Shown piece after piece: positions 8,307-19,300 of a stretch of 64,000 bases of DNA. The stretch's first letter is position 1. Each line of letters starts with the position of its first letter. The notes under the pieces are model-generated. The model had not been told where the DNA came from, did no database searches, and worked only from the letters and a program-made list of their open reading frames with translations. Both the position numbers and the translations under genes were made by a program. The stretch is taken from the sequence record MH791398.1. The stretch is one strand, 5' to 3'.

Positions 8307-9611
8307 TTATTTAGAGCCATCGAAGTACAAACAGAAATCTGTTGGGCGGGTCACGCCAACATAAACAAGCTGTTGCTGTAGGTCGGTATCGGCATAACTG
8401 ATATCATGCAACCCAAGCCAGACACCCTTCACAGTAGATCCTTGGCTCTTATGAATGGTACATGCACCAAGAGATTTCGTTTCTGTAAATGTCTTTTTAG
8501 CATCCCAGAACGAAGCCCACGCCGCCTTAGTTTGTCCACGTTGCATTTGTTTTATAACAGCCGCTGCCTCACTGAGTTGGTAATTAAACTCGGCTTTTGA
8601 GTCTTCGCCATATACAGACATAATGTCATGGGTCACACCAGAAAAATCTGATGTTACCTTAAGCTTGGCAACTGAAATAGAAAATGCAGGGGATCCATCA
8701 ATACGAATGTTCATATCAGACACTTCGATTTCATCAACAGTTACTACCTCACCATTAGTGAAGATTGTTTCTATCGTATCATCGTCGTATTCAACCATAA
8801 CCGGCTCTTGTAAAACAAGCTTCTCACCTTCGATGAATGGTAGATCTGTTTTGTATACGTGTTTTCGGACAATCGAGTTGACTTTATCAACTACCTTGTT
8901 TGTAAATGCCAAGAACCTGTATTTGGTTAGGTCGTCCGGAGTTTTCACAACTCGGAGATATGAGTTGATCAGGTCTGTGATACTTTTTACTTTGTACACG
9001 CCAGACTTTTTCTCTTTGTTCCAGTTCTGATAAATCCATCCACCTTCCCTGATAGTTGTTGCTACCTGAATAATCGGGTTATCCAGAGATTGACGCATAA
9101 TATCAGTCATTCGGATTTGAGTAAATCGACTATCTGTAAAATACGGACTCAATTCGCCCGGTGCGTGATCTACTGGTTGGATCTGGTCTTTATCACCTAT
9201 GGCAATAATACGACAAGTCGGAGGAATAGATTTCATCGTAATATTAAACAGGGTTTTTGAATGCATAGACGCTTCTTCGATAATGAGATATCGAACCGTA
9301 CTAAGGTCTGGCATTTTACTTTGGTCGAAGATCTGAATATCTTCAAGTGTTTCTGGGTGTATTTTCATTAGGCTATGGATTGTACAAGCCTCAATACCTG
9401 ACATCTCAGTTAGAACGATTTTAGCTTGATGTGTGGGGGCAGCAAGAACCGTACCCAATTCGTCACCAAGCATTTTGATAATATATTTTACCAAGAATGT
9501 TTTACCACTACCGGGAGGACCGGATATCGTAATATGACCAGTCCCAGATCGAACCGCATCTACCGCCATTTGTTGACTATTTGTTAGTGTTATTTCGTTC
9601 TCGTTCCTCAT
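8307..9611 (-). CDS. dda: Dda SF1B DNA helicase
   Basis: ISGPPGSGKT, LAAPTHQAK, IEEASM, GDKDQIQPV, TIHKSQGST, YVGVTR. Confidence 0.95.
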   Translation of the reverse strand: MRNENEITLTNSQQMAVDAVRSGTGHITISGPPGSGKTFLVKYIIKMLGDELGTVLAAPTHQAKIVLTEMSGIEACTIHSLMKIHPETLEDIQIFDQSKMPDLSTVRYLIIEEASMHSKTLFNITMKSIPPTCRIIAIGDKDQIQPVDHAPGELSPYFTDSRFTQIRMTDIMRQSLDNPIIQVATTIREGGWIYQNWNKEKKSGVYKVKSITDLINSYLRVVKTPDDLTKYRFLAFTNKVVDKVNSIVRKHVYKTDLPFIEGEKLVLQEPVMVEYDDDTIETIFTNGEVVTVDEIEVSDMNIRIDGSPAFSISVAKLKVTSDFSGVTHDIMSVYGEDSKAEFNYQLSEAAAVIKQMQRGQTKAAWASFWDAKKTFTETKSLGACTIHKSQGSTVKGVWLGLHDISYADTDLQQQLVYVGVTRPTDFCLYFDGSK

Positions 9612-10197
9612 TATTTTCCTTCTCTCTAACTTGTGCTATCAATTTTTCATGTAATTGTGTAGCTGCTTCTTTGACATTATCTGGCAACCCCTTCATATCG
9701 TAACAAAGTTCTCGACCCCAATCCCATCCCAAAGTATATGCGATAGATTGTTGAATATTTTTGTTCCCATAAGGTCGTTTTGCCTCACTAAGGAATACAG
9801 ACAGTTTACCATCATAATGCGAGTCTTTGTATTCTTCTTCATGGAAGAAATAAGACCCAATCATATTAAGGCGGTCAAGCTCACAATATTCCGGTTGACG
9901 ACGGCGCATTACCTCATCCCAGTATTCTTCTCTGGTCATACCATACTTATTACGATATTCACAATCATAAATTTCGATAAGGGACGATTTAATATCACCA
10001 TAAGAGAAAAAAGGTGAACCGAACTGGGTGGTATGCCAATCTCCAAAAACGTCTTGGATATTATAGATCCTACCAAAGTCCTCGTCATAATCTACTTCAA
10101 ATTCTCGAAACCAGAACAAAATCCCTTTGAGATAAGGATGTTTACTGATGAAATTGTTAAATGATTCTTCGTCTTTGAATTTAAATTTACGAGTCAT
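9577..10197 (-). CDS. Hypothetical protein (206 aa)
   Basis: ORF in operon; N-terminus resembles the small acidic ORFs at 55.6-56.2 kb. Confidence 0.7.
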   Translation of the reverse strand: MTRKFKFKDEESFNNFISKHPYLKGILFWFREFEVDYDEDFGRIYNIQDVFGDWHTTQFGSPFFSYGDIKSSLIEIYDCEYRNKYGMTREEYWDEVMRRRQPEYCELDRLNMIGSYFFHEEEYKDSHYDGKLSVFLSEAKRPYGNKNIQQSIAYTLGWDWGRELCYDMKGLPDNVKEAATQLHEKLIAQVREKENNEERERNNTNK

Positions 10198-10206
10198 AAA
10201 AATCCC

Positions 10207-10383
10207 TTACCGATGTACGTTGAAATGAAGGACATTACCATATGCATCAACAAACGTGTTTTTGTTAAACGCAGTCGGTAAAACTCCGACGATTGGAATC
10301 CCCATCGATTCAAAATCGATGTTGCCATTTTCGTCAAGCTCCACATCAACAACTTTACCCATATATGAGATATAACCTTTCAT
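10207..10383 (-). CDS. Hypothetical protein (58 aa); not in ORF track
   Basis: MKGYISYMGKVVDVELDENG..; SD GAGGA; fills gap between ligase and 9577-10197. Confidence 0.55.
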   Translation of the reverse strand: MKGYISYMGKVVDVELDENGNIDFESMGIPIVGVLPTAFNKNTFVDAYGNVLHFNVHR

Positions 10384-10437
10384 AATGTATTCCTCTTTTG
10401 ATTGTATGGGGGATTTTACTCCCCCTGCACATTTTTG

Positions 10438-11991
10438 TCAACTGATAACAAAAACATCTTCGTAGCGGTTTGCGGTGTTCTTATCCCATCTCAGTTTCTT
10501 GATGATAGGCAAGAAGAAACTATACTCTGGATCACCAGCTTTCCGGGTTTTTGATGTGGTTGGCGCGTTAACTTCACATTCAACAATCATATCATCAAGT
10601 TCCCCGTCGCGGTACATCTGCATCAATTTTTCTCGGTCTAGTTCACCACGTTCTTCCAACGGGATATAGATTTCGATAAATTGCCCACCCTTATCTTCAA
10701 ACCGTTCTAGTTCTGGATGGTTGAAAATGTCAACAGAACTATATGATTTTTTATGGGTTGTATCGGTAAGACCACTACCACCGTTTGTCTTGATAGTACC
10801 ACATTCAGAAACCATGACAAACCCACCAACCTTGTTAGGGTCTTTGTCATGAGGATAAACCTCAACGATCCGAAGATCAAACGGGTATTTTTCCTTGAAC
10901 TTAACAAACAGTTTACTACGCTTGTTTTCCCACAAAGAATCACCGTGTTTAAGAATGATACCTTCGTATCCATCCTGTACATAACCCTGATACACGCGAC
11001 GTACGTCAGCAAGGGTTTTAACAGGGGTAGACTCAATGATCTGGATACAATCATCATCCAACTTAGACAAGAAGTCAATCAAAATTTTACGTCGTTTCTG
11101 TTGAGTCAATTCTGGGGGACAAGGAACCAAACCATAATACACATCACGGGGTACAATATCCCATACCTGATAAACAACACGCTCTGAGTCTTCCGGAGTG
11201 ATACTGTTTTTAAGGGATGTATTCATGATCCCATTACCAGATTCACGGTCAAACACAGTTTTATCGTACTTTTTACTTTTCGACAGTTCAACTTCTTCAA
11301 CATCACCCATAAGGGCTGCCATAACATCGATTTCTGGCTCATCAGATGCTCGTACAACGAATTCCCCGTCCAACACCCACCCAATACACTGCATCTTATC
11401 AATCGCTCTCAAAATGCGATTAAGACCCAAATATTCGTTTGAACTACGGGTAAAGAAATGTACACCATCATCAGTTGACAATCCAGTCACATCACCAAAT
11501 CCACGAGCCCCGTCAGCCTTAAGTTCTGCATATGCATTACCAAGTTTGAGAATTTTATCAATCAGTTTTTGATCTTCTGGACTACTCAGCATCTGAGGTT
11601 GTTCTTTAACCAGACCTTTCCATACCTTGTTGATAGTGGATACGTTAATACCGACATCTAGATCACCAAACATGATCCTTTTAACCACTTCCGAATCAGA
11701 TTCAGACAATTGACTGAGAATTTCAGAAAGTCTACTGATAGCATCTCCACCAGTAAAGACCCGAGTTGCGAATTTTTCCATCATGAAAGTTAGAGCTTTT
11801 TCAAGACTGCATTCCCCGGTATGGGATGACACAACCGGGAATGTCTTTTTGCTGATACCAAAGGTAATCTGCTTACTGTATGTCATCAGACATACTCGGG
11901 AGAGAAGTTCGTTATCTACATGTGATTTCAAAACTTCCAGTTTTGCGCTACCACGGGCGGTATTAATTTCGTTCAGAATATCAAGAATCAT
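10438..11991 (-). CDS. 30: ATP-dependent DNA ligase
   Basis: MILDILNEI, QPQML, motif I ELKADGAR, LDGEF, EGIILK, KFKE. Confidence 0.96.
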   Translation of the reverse strand: MILDILNEINTARGSAKLEVLKSHVDNELLSRVCLMTYSKQITFGISKKTFPVVSSHTGECSLEKALTFMMEKFATRVFTGGDAISRLSEILSQLSESDSEVVKRIMFGDLDVGINVSTINKVWKGLVKEQPQMLSSPEDQKLIDKILKLGNAYAELKADGARGFGDVTGLSTDDGVHFFTRSSNEYLGLNRILRAIDKMQCIGWVLDGEFVVRASDEPEIDVMAALMGDVEEVELSKSKKYDKTVFDRESGNGIMNTSLKNSITPEDSERVVYQVWDIVPRDVYYGLVPCPPELTQQKRRKILIDFLSKLDDDCIQIIESTPVKTLADVRRVYQGYVQDGYEGIILKHGDSLWENKRSKLFVKFKEKYPFDLRIVEVYPHDKDPNKVGGFVMVSECGTIKTNGGSGLTDTTHKKSYSSVDIFNHPELERFEDKGGQFIEIYIPLEERGELDREKLMQMYRDGELDDMIVECEVNAPTTSKTRKAGDPEYSFFLPIIKKLRWDKNTANRYEDVFVIS

Positions 11992-11994
11992 ATA

Positions 11995-12456
11995 TCAACC
12001 TTTATGAGTACGAGTTTTAATAAGGAGATCGATTACTGGGTTTGTTGGGACCAATTCCTTGTTATTTTTATAGAATTCAATATCCAACATTTCATCCTCA
12101 GAGGGAACATATGCAATTGCAGTAACCATATTGTTCATATCTGGTTCGTTAAATGATGCAAACACATTGTCAGCACCATACAAAATCCCCATAATCTGGT
12201 TCATGTTATCGGAATTACCACCATCCAGAGCAACCAGAGTTTCGTGGTTTTGGATCCACTCAATCATATCAGTATTTGCGTATTGATCATGTACAAGTCG
12301 TGCGAGTGCATGTGCAAGCTGAATACCAGCATAGATACCAGAGATCCCACGATGTACAAAAACGTACCCCCGGCGAGGTACAGAATAGGTTGGAACCGGA
12401 GATTTAATATTTAACATCGGATTATTTGTTTCATCACAAATTACTTCATATTGCAT
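11995..12456 (-). CDS. PTH2-like (peptidyl-tRNA hydrolase II fold) protein
   Basis: YVFV..GIQLAHA..W...HETLVAL..FNEPDMNNMVTAIAYVP pattern. Confidence 0.55.
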   Translation of the reverse strand: MQYEVICDETNNPMLNIKSPVPTYSVPRRGYVFVHRGISGIYAGIQLAHALARLVHDQYANTDMIEWIQNHETLVALDGGNSDNMNQIMGILYGADNVFASFNEPDMNNMVTAIAYVPSEDEMLDIEFYKNNKELVPTNPVIDLLIKTRTHKG

Positions 12457-13058
12457 TAAATTTTACCTACTAGTTGACTAAAATCGTTAACTACGAATTC
12501 GGATTTGTCGCTATTACGACGGTTCATTTCATAAACTGGAATATTGAGTCCACAACGGTCATTTAGCACCTTACGAGCCATATCACAGTGATGAGGTAGA
12601 TCATCCACATAAGTTACTATCCGGTTTCCATAGTGTTGAAACGCCTCTTCAAACAGTTTCTCTTTACTTTCGTTGTGATCGCAGATCAGAACTTCGCGAA
12701 ACGCACCGGGAAACAATACGTTCAGGTTTGACATCCGGTTTGCAGCAACTTCAAACTTAGTTCCCAAAGCAGTAATACCAACGAAATCGAATTCATCTTT
12801 ATTTTCGTTGATGAATTTTAGTGCGTCGTTATAAGGTTTGAGACCACGAATCCACTTACTTTCATTGTATTTCCTGAGAAGCTGGTCACCAAATGCAGGG
12901 GAGCAATTAAAAATCTCACTCATCGGTCTAAACTTCTCGTCCATAATCATCTCGATAATTACGTCAGTCGGTAGGTTATGCTCTGCTGCAAAGAACGGTA
13001 GATTACTTTGCCAAGAAACACATACACCATCAATGTCTGTTAAGAATACACTTTTCAT
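12456..13058 (-). CDS. 30.2: gp30.2-like HAD phosphatase
   Basis: MKSVFLTDIDGVCVSWQSNLPFFA..LFPGAF..YVDDL matches T4 gp30.2; start adjusted. Confidence 0.9.
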   Translation of the reverse strand: MKSVFLTDIDGVCVSWQSNLPFFAAEHNLPTDVIIEMIMDEKFRPMSEIFNCSPAFGDQLLRKYNESKWIRGLKPYNDALKFINENKDEFDFVGITALGTKFEVAANRMSNLNVLFPGAFREVLICDHNESKEKLFEEAFQHYGNRIVTYVDDLPHHCDMARKVLNDRCGLNIPVYEMNRRNSDKSEFVVNDFSQLVGKI

Positions 13059-13115
13059 TTTAAACCTCATTATGTTTTGAATCATTCTATCACAAAATTT
13101 CATACGTTGTAAACT

Positions 13116-13142
13116 AAAAAAGAGACCCGAAGGTCTCTTTTT
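13116..13142 (-). terminator. Terminator after gene 32
   Basis: AAAAAGAGACC-TTCG-GGTCTCTTTTTT (UUCG tetraloop) on minus strand. Confidence 0.9.
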
Positions 13143-13148
13143 GAATTC

Positions 13149-14120
13149 TTACAGACCAGCCAACAGAGCGTCGAGGTCGTCATCACCATCAGAGGAACCT
13201 ACACTTTCTGACACAGCTTTAGCCAGTTCGTCGGTATCATCTTTCTTTACTTCCGGTTTGGAAGTGGTGCTTGCTTCGAAGTTTTTCATATCCGCTTCGA
13301 ATGAATCGAGTTCTTGATCAGCTTTCTTTGCAGAAGCAGTAGAACCACGAACACCCATAATAGTATCAAACTTCTTCTTGAGTTCATCATAAGGCTTGAA
13401 TTGGTCAGGTGCTACAATCTTACGCAGATCTTGCATACCTTCCAAAATTGCCTTCTGAACTTCCGGCTTTTCGATACCCGGAAGCGGGCTTACTGGTTGG
13501 AACTTGGAAGTTTCCAGAGTGGCATTCTTCTCGTTTTTCTTGGTAGAACGGAGCAGGAAGTTAGCACCTTCGTCAAGGTCAGTAACTGTAACCTTGGCTT
13601 CACCCATTTCCTCATCACCAGCGGCAGCGGCTTGAATCATTTTCAGGATGGTAACACCAAAACGGTATTTGAATACTTTACCTTCATTATCCGGGTTAGC
13701 CGGGTCTTTGATGACCATGATGTTAGCCCAGTAGTTGGTATTGATACTGGTTCCAGTTTCACGAGCAGCTTTCTTATCAGCTTCGCTAGACCAGTCCCAA
13801 CCTTGAGCATTGCGCCATTGACACACAGGGCAGCCATCGTAATTCTTGTGAGTACCACCGGTACAGTTTTCTACGTAGTACTTACCACCGCGCTCTACAA
13901 AGTGGTTAGAGATGGTCACGATGGTGGGCCAATCTTCCATACCTTCCAGATCACTAGGTTGCAGGAAACGAATGATAGCGGAGCCTTCTTTGGTCTTCTT
14001 ATCAACAGTCAGTTTCCATTCAGTCAGATCTTGTTGGAAACCACCTTTGTTAGATACAGCTTCCAGTTGAGCTTGCAGGGCGGACGGGTCTTTTTTACGA
14101 CGAACAAATGCAGTAGACAT
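13149..14120 (-). CDS. 32: Single-stranded DNA-binding protein
   Basis: EWKL...GSAIIRFL, Zn ligands H..C..CPVC, YWANIMVIKDP, acidic tail DDLDALLAGL. Confidence 0.96.
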   Translation of the reverse strand: MSTAFVRRKKDPSALQAQLEAVSNKGGFQQDLTEWKLTVDKKTKEGSAIIRFLQPSDLEGMEDWPTIVTISNHFVERGGKYYVENCTGGTHKNYDGCPVCQWRNAQGWDWSSEADKKAARETGTSINTNYWANIMVIKDPANPDNEGKVFKYRFGVTILKMIQAAAAGDEEMGEAKVTVTDLDEGANFLLRSTKKNEKNATLETSKFQPVSPLPGIEKPEVQKAILEGMQDLRKIVAPDQFKPYDELKKKFDTIMGVRGSTASAKKADQELDSFEADMKNFEASTTSKPEVKKDDTDELAKAVSESVGSSDGDDDLDALLAGL

Positions 14121-14145
14121 ATTTTATTTTCCTTTTGGATTATTT

Positions 14146-14811
14146 TTAGATATTGTTTAGTTCTTTGTAATCTTCGATTATTTTTTTGAAATGCTTTCTT
14201 ACTTTTTCTTTATCTATTTTAACTAAGCTACGATAAGCTTTGATACGGCTAGAATAACCGTTCTGCCAAACATGGTCGTTTAATTTATCATATGAATCAA
14301 TGAAATTGAATAATGAATCCAAAAGCAACATCGTTTCATAGCTAATAACGTCTTGTTGGACGTATTTAAATAACCAAGGTTGACCATCAGTCGGTAGTAT
14401 CATATCACGGAACGACACACCTTTTGATTTTGATTTCCTGAGTAAGTCTTGAATTTCTTTCTTAAAGACTATGCTCATTCTCTCATATTTACCGGTAGTT
14501 TTTAAGTAATGATCGTGGGCGTCTTCACCACCGAATTCACCACCCCACATATCCGGATTAGAACACAGATTCGTGATCATTATACCACAGAGAGTACCCA
14601 GATTATATTTCTTCGCCAACCTTTCATAAATGTGCTTTCGCGCCATTTTATTATAGGTTGCTTCCGATGTATTTAGGAGTTTCCAATCACCACCTTTAAC
14701 CACCTGATATTTAGGGTTCGAAAATTGGGTCTTTAAAGACCTATAAAGGCGATAACAGCTTCTCCCATCAATCGTAATCATTGGTTTTGGAGGGAGAATT
14801 AGTTTAATCAT
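14146..14811 (-). CDS. 59: Helicase loader
   Basis: MIKL..P...IDGRSCYRLY..LK, YERLAKKY matches gp59; position. Confidence 0.92.
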   Translation of the reverse strand: MIKLILPPKPMITIDGRSCYRLYRSLKTQFSNPKYQVVKGGDWKLLNTSEATYNKMARKHIYERLAKKYNLGTLCGIMITNLCSNPDMWGGEFGGEDAHDHYLKTTGKYERMSIVFKKEIQDLLRKSKSKGVSFRDMILPTDGQPWLFKYVQQDVISYETMLLLDSLFNFIDSYDKLNDHVWQNGYSSRIKAYRSLVKIDKEKVRKHFKKIIEDYKELNNI

Positions 14812-15047
14812 TGGTTAAATAGAAAGTCCAAGTTATTTTCTTGTTCAACTCGAAGCACTCGGTTGCTGATAGCTTCCATTCGAATTTTCTCTTTTAAAAC
14901 AGGATGGATATGAGAATGGATCTGATCCTCTTCCACCGATTGTTCGTCAGCCACTTCAAAACAGGCTGTAAGCAGGCTCAAACCTTGAGCCTCTGCTAGT
15001 TCTTCTACTCTCTTAGAGAATTCAATCTTATCGTTTTCTGTAGCCAT
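14808..15047 (-). CDS. 33: Late transcription co-activator
   Basis: FSKRVE..LTAC..I..IHPVLKEKIRMEAI..RVLR; conserved position. Confidence 0.85.
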   Translation of the reverse strand: MATENDKIEFSKRVEELAEAQGLSLLTACFEVADEQSVEEDQIHSHIHPVLKEKIRMEAISNRVLRVEQENNLDFLFNQ

Positions 15048-15370
15048 TATTCATCTTCCTCAACTTCATCATCGAAGTCATGGGATTTTTGTTTCATACC
15101 ATTAACAAACAGAGTATCAAAGAGGTCGATTGCTTCTTCGTTTTCTTGTTCTACTTCGTCGCGGTTCTGGTCAAGATACATTTTCAGAACCTTATTGAAA
15201 CGCTTACCGTCCACACCCATAGCCTTTGCTGCATCTTTAGCGGCTTTGATACCTTCCTTCTCGATAGAGATCTTGGTGTGATGTTCATAGCAAGTTTTTA
15301 CTAGTTGAATAAGTTCTTGCTTAGAAGAATGGATATTAAAAATAGGTTTTTCTTTTGCTTCACGAGCCAT
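15047..15370 (-). CDS. dsbA: dsDNA-binding protein DsbA
   Basis: MAREAKEK..IKAAKDAAK.MGVDGKRFNKVLKMY..QNRDEVE; start adjusted to SD. Confidence 0.88.
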   Translation of the reverse strand: MAREAKEKPIFNIHSSKQELIQLVKTCYEHHTKISIEKEGIKAAKDAAKAMGVDGKRFNKVLKMYLDQNRDEVEQENEEAIDLFDTLFVNGMKQKSHDFDDEVEEDE

Positions 15371-15385
15371 ATTATATTTCCTCAA

Positions 15386-16321
15386 TTAAAATTCAGATTC
15401 TTTTCCGATCATTTCTGACATACCAGAAGAGATAAAGTAATTTGTGATTTTACCACGAGCTGGGACTTTGAAAGAATGATATTCTGTTAGTATTTTAGCA
15501 GAAATATCATCTGGTATGAAGTTAAAATCAATTAATTTTTCATTTTCTTCAAATCTTGCCAATACATCACCTTCAAAAAGTGATTTTGGTTCCTTGGCAG
15601 TAAATACACTTGCCAACAATTCTTTTCGAATTGACTTCTGTCTCACTCGGTCTTCTTTTTCCAGAAGACTATTCTTATAAATAAGATCTGACGGGGAGTA
15701 GATATTTGCGATAGAGTCCTTGGTATCACCCTTTACAATTTTATAAAGGAGATCCCGTTGGGCGCTACCATGTTCAGGTTTAACCCATTTCTTATGCATT
15801 GGATTCCATTGACGAACACCTTTCCATTTTTGAAGCTGGGTAAAGTCTCCATCTGCTGATGTTATGTGTATCTTAACATCTGGGTCTTTTTCTTTGAAGT
15901 ATTTTATCAAAACACCAAAAATGTCATCTGCTTCTGCACCCGGAACATAAATAGTCTTATATGGAAGGTATTGCGCAATTTCTTTCCGAACTTCGGTCAT
16001 TGCTTCACCAATAGATTTCCAATCGTAGCCACTTTCTTCTTTTTTGGCGATCCGGCTCTTTTTATAATACGGAGCTACGTCCCGTCGCCAATATCCATCA
16101 ACGGAATCTATTGCAATAATGATATTTGGATAATCATTTTTGTTTTTCAATACATGAGAACGCAATGCATCGATGATGATATTACGAATGATTTTTGGAG
16201 TGATGATATCTTCCGGTTTGAAGTAATACATCAAATTTGAAATTACTATTTGGCTATAATCTATTAGTTGAATATTGGGTTCGCCAGTTAGCCCAAGATC
16301 TGGATTGTCAAATAATGACAT
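15386..16321 (-). CDS. rnh: RNase H (FEN1-type 5' exonuclease)
   Basis: IDYSQI, YWRRDVAPYYKKSR, EADD, SADGDFTQLQK, KGDTKD. Confidence 0.95.
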   Translation of the reverse strand: MSLFDNPDLGLTGEPNIQLIDYSQIVISNLMYYFKPEDIITPKIIRNIIIDALRSHVLKNKNDYPNIIIAIDSVDGYWRRDVAPYYKKSRIAKKEESGYDWKSIGEAMTEVRKEIAQYLPYKTIYVPGAEADDIFGVLIKYFKEKDPDVKIHITSADGDFTQLQKWKGVRQWNPMHKKWVKPEHGSAQRDLLYKIVKGDTKDSIANIYSPSDLIYKNSLLEKEDRVRQKSIRKELLASVFTAKEPKSLFEGDVLARFEENEKLIDFNFIPDDISAKILTEYHSFKVPARGKITNYFISSGMSEMIGKESEF

Positions 16322-16333
16322 CTGTTAATCTCC

Positions 16334-16340
16334 CTAAATA
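16334..16340 (+). promoter_or_regulatory. Late promoter CTAAATA for gene 34
   Basis: CCCTAAATA ~40 nt upstream of gp34 start. Confidence 0.75.
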
Positions 16341-16379
16341 ATATATGATAACTAATTCTAACACAAGAGGATCTTGTAA

Positions 16380-19300
16380 ATGTCTTCAATTCCGTTTCGC
16401 GTTACCGACGGCTTAGATGCCGCTGGTCAAAAAATAGTTAACGTCGGTTATCCCGATATTAACTCAAAGATGGATGGTGTGAGTGTCGATTTCTTTGTAC
16501 AAGAAAACACAATCCAACTATATGACGCAACTAGAACATACGACAAAAACTTTGCTGTTATCTATGATAACCGCATATACCTAAGCCAAGTTGATATAAC
16601 CTCACCCGAGGCATTCAACCCGGTAAAATGGAAACCAGTACGTACAGACCCAAGTTGGAAGCTGGTTACGACTAATGCACCAGCGTTGACGAATCTTTCT
16701 GCTGGCGATCACATATTGGCACAGACCATAAGTAGCGACGTAACATTTACCTTACCAACTAATGCTCTTAATGGGGACGTTATTGTTATCAGAGATAATG
16801 GTTCTAATCTTCACGATTATACCATAGATGTTTCTGGTAATGGAAGAACTATTTCCGGTTTGGCTTCTTATAAGATCACAGCCAAAAATTCATCCAACTA
16901 CTTCATTTTGAATGGTAGCGAATGGTTTGTTCAAACTGAATACGCTGGTGATGTAAACAAATCATTTATCAGCAACAAGTCGTACCCAGCCGGTGGATAT
17001 TATAAATCCATTGTAGGTGACCAGTTGATGAGAGAAACCAGATATACTGGTGGAATTAAGATCCAACTACCAAAATACGCCAGAAACGGTGATACTATTA
17101 CCACATATGATCTTGATGGTAATAACCCCGTAACAAAGACAACCGTAAACGTTCATCCGGGTAGTAGCCACAACATTATAGTTGAATACGGATCGACCCC
17201 AATGAAAACGGTCGTTTTTGATTCTACTGATTGGGGTATGTTTGTTTTTGATTCAAGTCTAAACGCTTGGAGAGTTTTCGACGCCGACAACCTTAGTCGT
17301 TGGAAAAGTGTCAAAACATCCACATACTTAGGTCAACCAAACGACCGACTAGTAGTTTATACTGAAACTCCGTCGACTGTCAACATTACATTCCCTCGTG
17401 ATGCGGCAAGAGGTGATAGCTTCTTTATAGACACACGATACATGAAAAGGGGTTCCACTTTAACTTTAAATATTGATGCATCCAGTACAAATGATTTCTT
17501 TGTACCAGATGGTAACACTCTAATGAACCCCCGGATCAGCGCATACCGCGATTTTCTTGCTAATATGGAATCAAATACCGTAAAAACTCAGTCATTTGAT
17601 ATCCAAAACCGTGGGGAACAGTGGGAATTTGTGTACTTCACAAATGCTCTTGGTTCTGGTAAAGACGTTTGGTCTGTTGTTACTATGTCTGAGATTCCGT
17701 ATCGAGTAGACCGAAATGTACCAGAATTTTATGGTATGGCTGCCATTGCATCTCAATCATCTGTAAACAAGAACAAAGAAGAGATCACGACAGGTCAAAA
17801 CCCAGATTGTGAGGATTTTGTTACCGCAGAAACATTGGCTAACAAAACAGCAAGTACCGTCCGGCGTGGTATCACCCGATATGCATCTAATAGTGAATCA
17901 AAGGCAGTTAGTGGAAACCTATCCGATGAAGCATGGTCCGGGGTGGCAATAAGCCCGTTCCTGTTGAACGACCGTCTATCTACAACAACAATGCGTGGTT
18001 TGTTGAAGGTAGCGACACAGAGTCAAGCAAACGCACAATCCGGTTCCGGTGAAAACTGGGCTCAGGTTGCGGTCACACCATCTACCCTTAACGGTAGAGT
18101 TGCCACAGAGTCCATGACTGGTTTATCGGCTCTTGTCTCAGCTAATGGAACTAAGCCTACCACAAGAACAACTCCGGGTACAGGTGTTTATGATTATAAC
18201 GATCATAGCAAGGTAATCACTCCGAAAACCCTATTTGAGAAAAACGCAACTGAGTTTTCACAAGGTATGGTGTACATTGCCAACCAAGGGGAGGTTAACA
18301 CAGGTACTGCTGATACCGCAACTGGTGCGCTAGTAGTAACCGCAACTACCCTAGAAGGACGTCAGGCTACAGCATCACTAACCGGGTTGTCAAGGGCTGC
18401 AACATCAACAGAAGTACTTAGCAACACACCACCGGCTGGTGACAACGTACACGTTAGCGCAAAAGGGCTTGTAAGTAGAACCGCAACAGAAACCCGTTGG
18501 GGTTTGTCCGAAACCGCAACACAAGCGGAAGTAGATGCAGGGACATTACATGACAAATGGTTTGTTACTCCAAAAACATTTGGTAACTGGTTAGCTAGAG
18601 AAAGACTGACTGTGTTCGATACATCGGGACTTAGAACAGTTGGTAATATTTGGGAAGGTCAATCTTTTAATATCGTTATTCCTACTGAGTCACAACGAGG
18701 TACTGCGAGAATTGCAACCCAGATCGAAGCAAACGATATGACCGGAACCGCAAATGACGAAATTATCGTAACTCCAAAGAAACTGAGTGCAAGACTAGCG
18801 ACTACGACCCAAACGGGTTTGTCTCAAATTGCAACTCAATCTGAGGTTGATACCGGTACTAACAACACAAAATACCTAACCCCGTTAACCGCTCTAACCA
18901 GCTCTAGAAATAGTGCGGGTTATAGAATGACTGATACTAGATATGGTGTTGGTATTACTGCAATATTGTCAAACAACAACTCTGCTAACTCCGTGTTTGA
19001 AGGCAATGATATTCTTGGTTCTACAAGAGCATTAACAGGCTACGCACATGGAGATGTATTGGTTTCCCCGAGAGGTTTGAATACAGCATTAGCTAATTTC
19101 CTACCACTTAAAGCTGTGGCTGTAAGTGCCAGTGCAATGGAGGTTGGTGGAAACCGTATACCTTCAACTGATTGGGTTCGTCGTACTATCGCACAAACAA
19201 TAACTGGCGAAATGACGTTTACCGCAAATCCGTCTATTGAGAAGATTAGACCTTATTTCTATCTCAACGAAACATCGACTACATCTCATGTATCCATGAT

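Noticed and set aside
16360-16378. ACAAGA-GGA-TCTTGT hairpin over the gene 34 SD as a regulatory switch
   Set aside because: A 6-bp AU-rich stem with a 3-nt loop is too weak to claim without data
17800-19000. Repeated ATQ.E..G/VTPK motifs in gene 34 as a novel repeat
   Set aside because: These are the normal gp34 shaft repeats and are degenerate at DNA level
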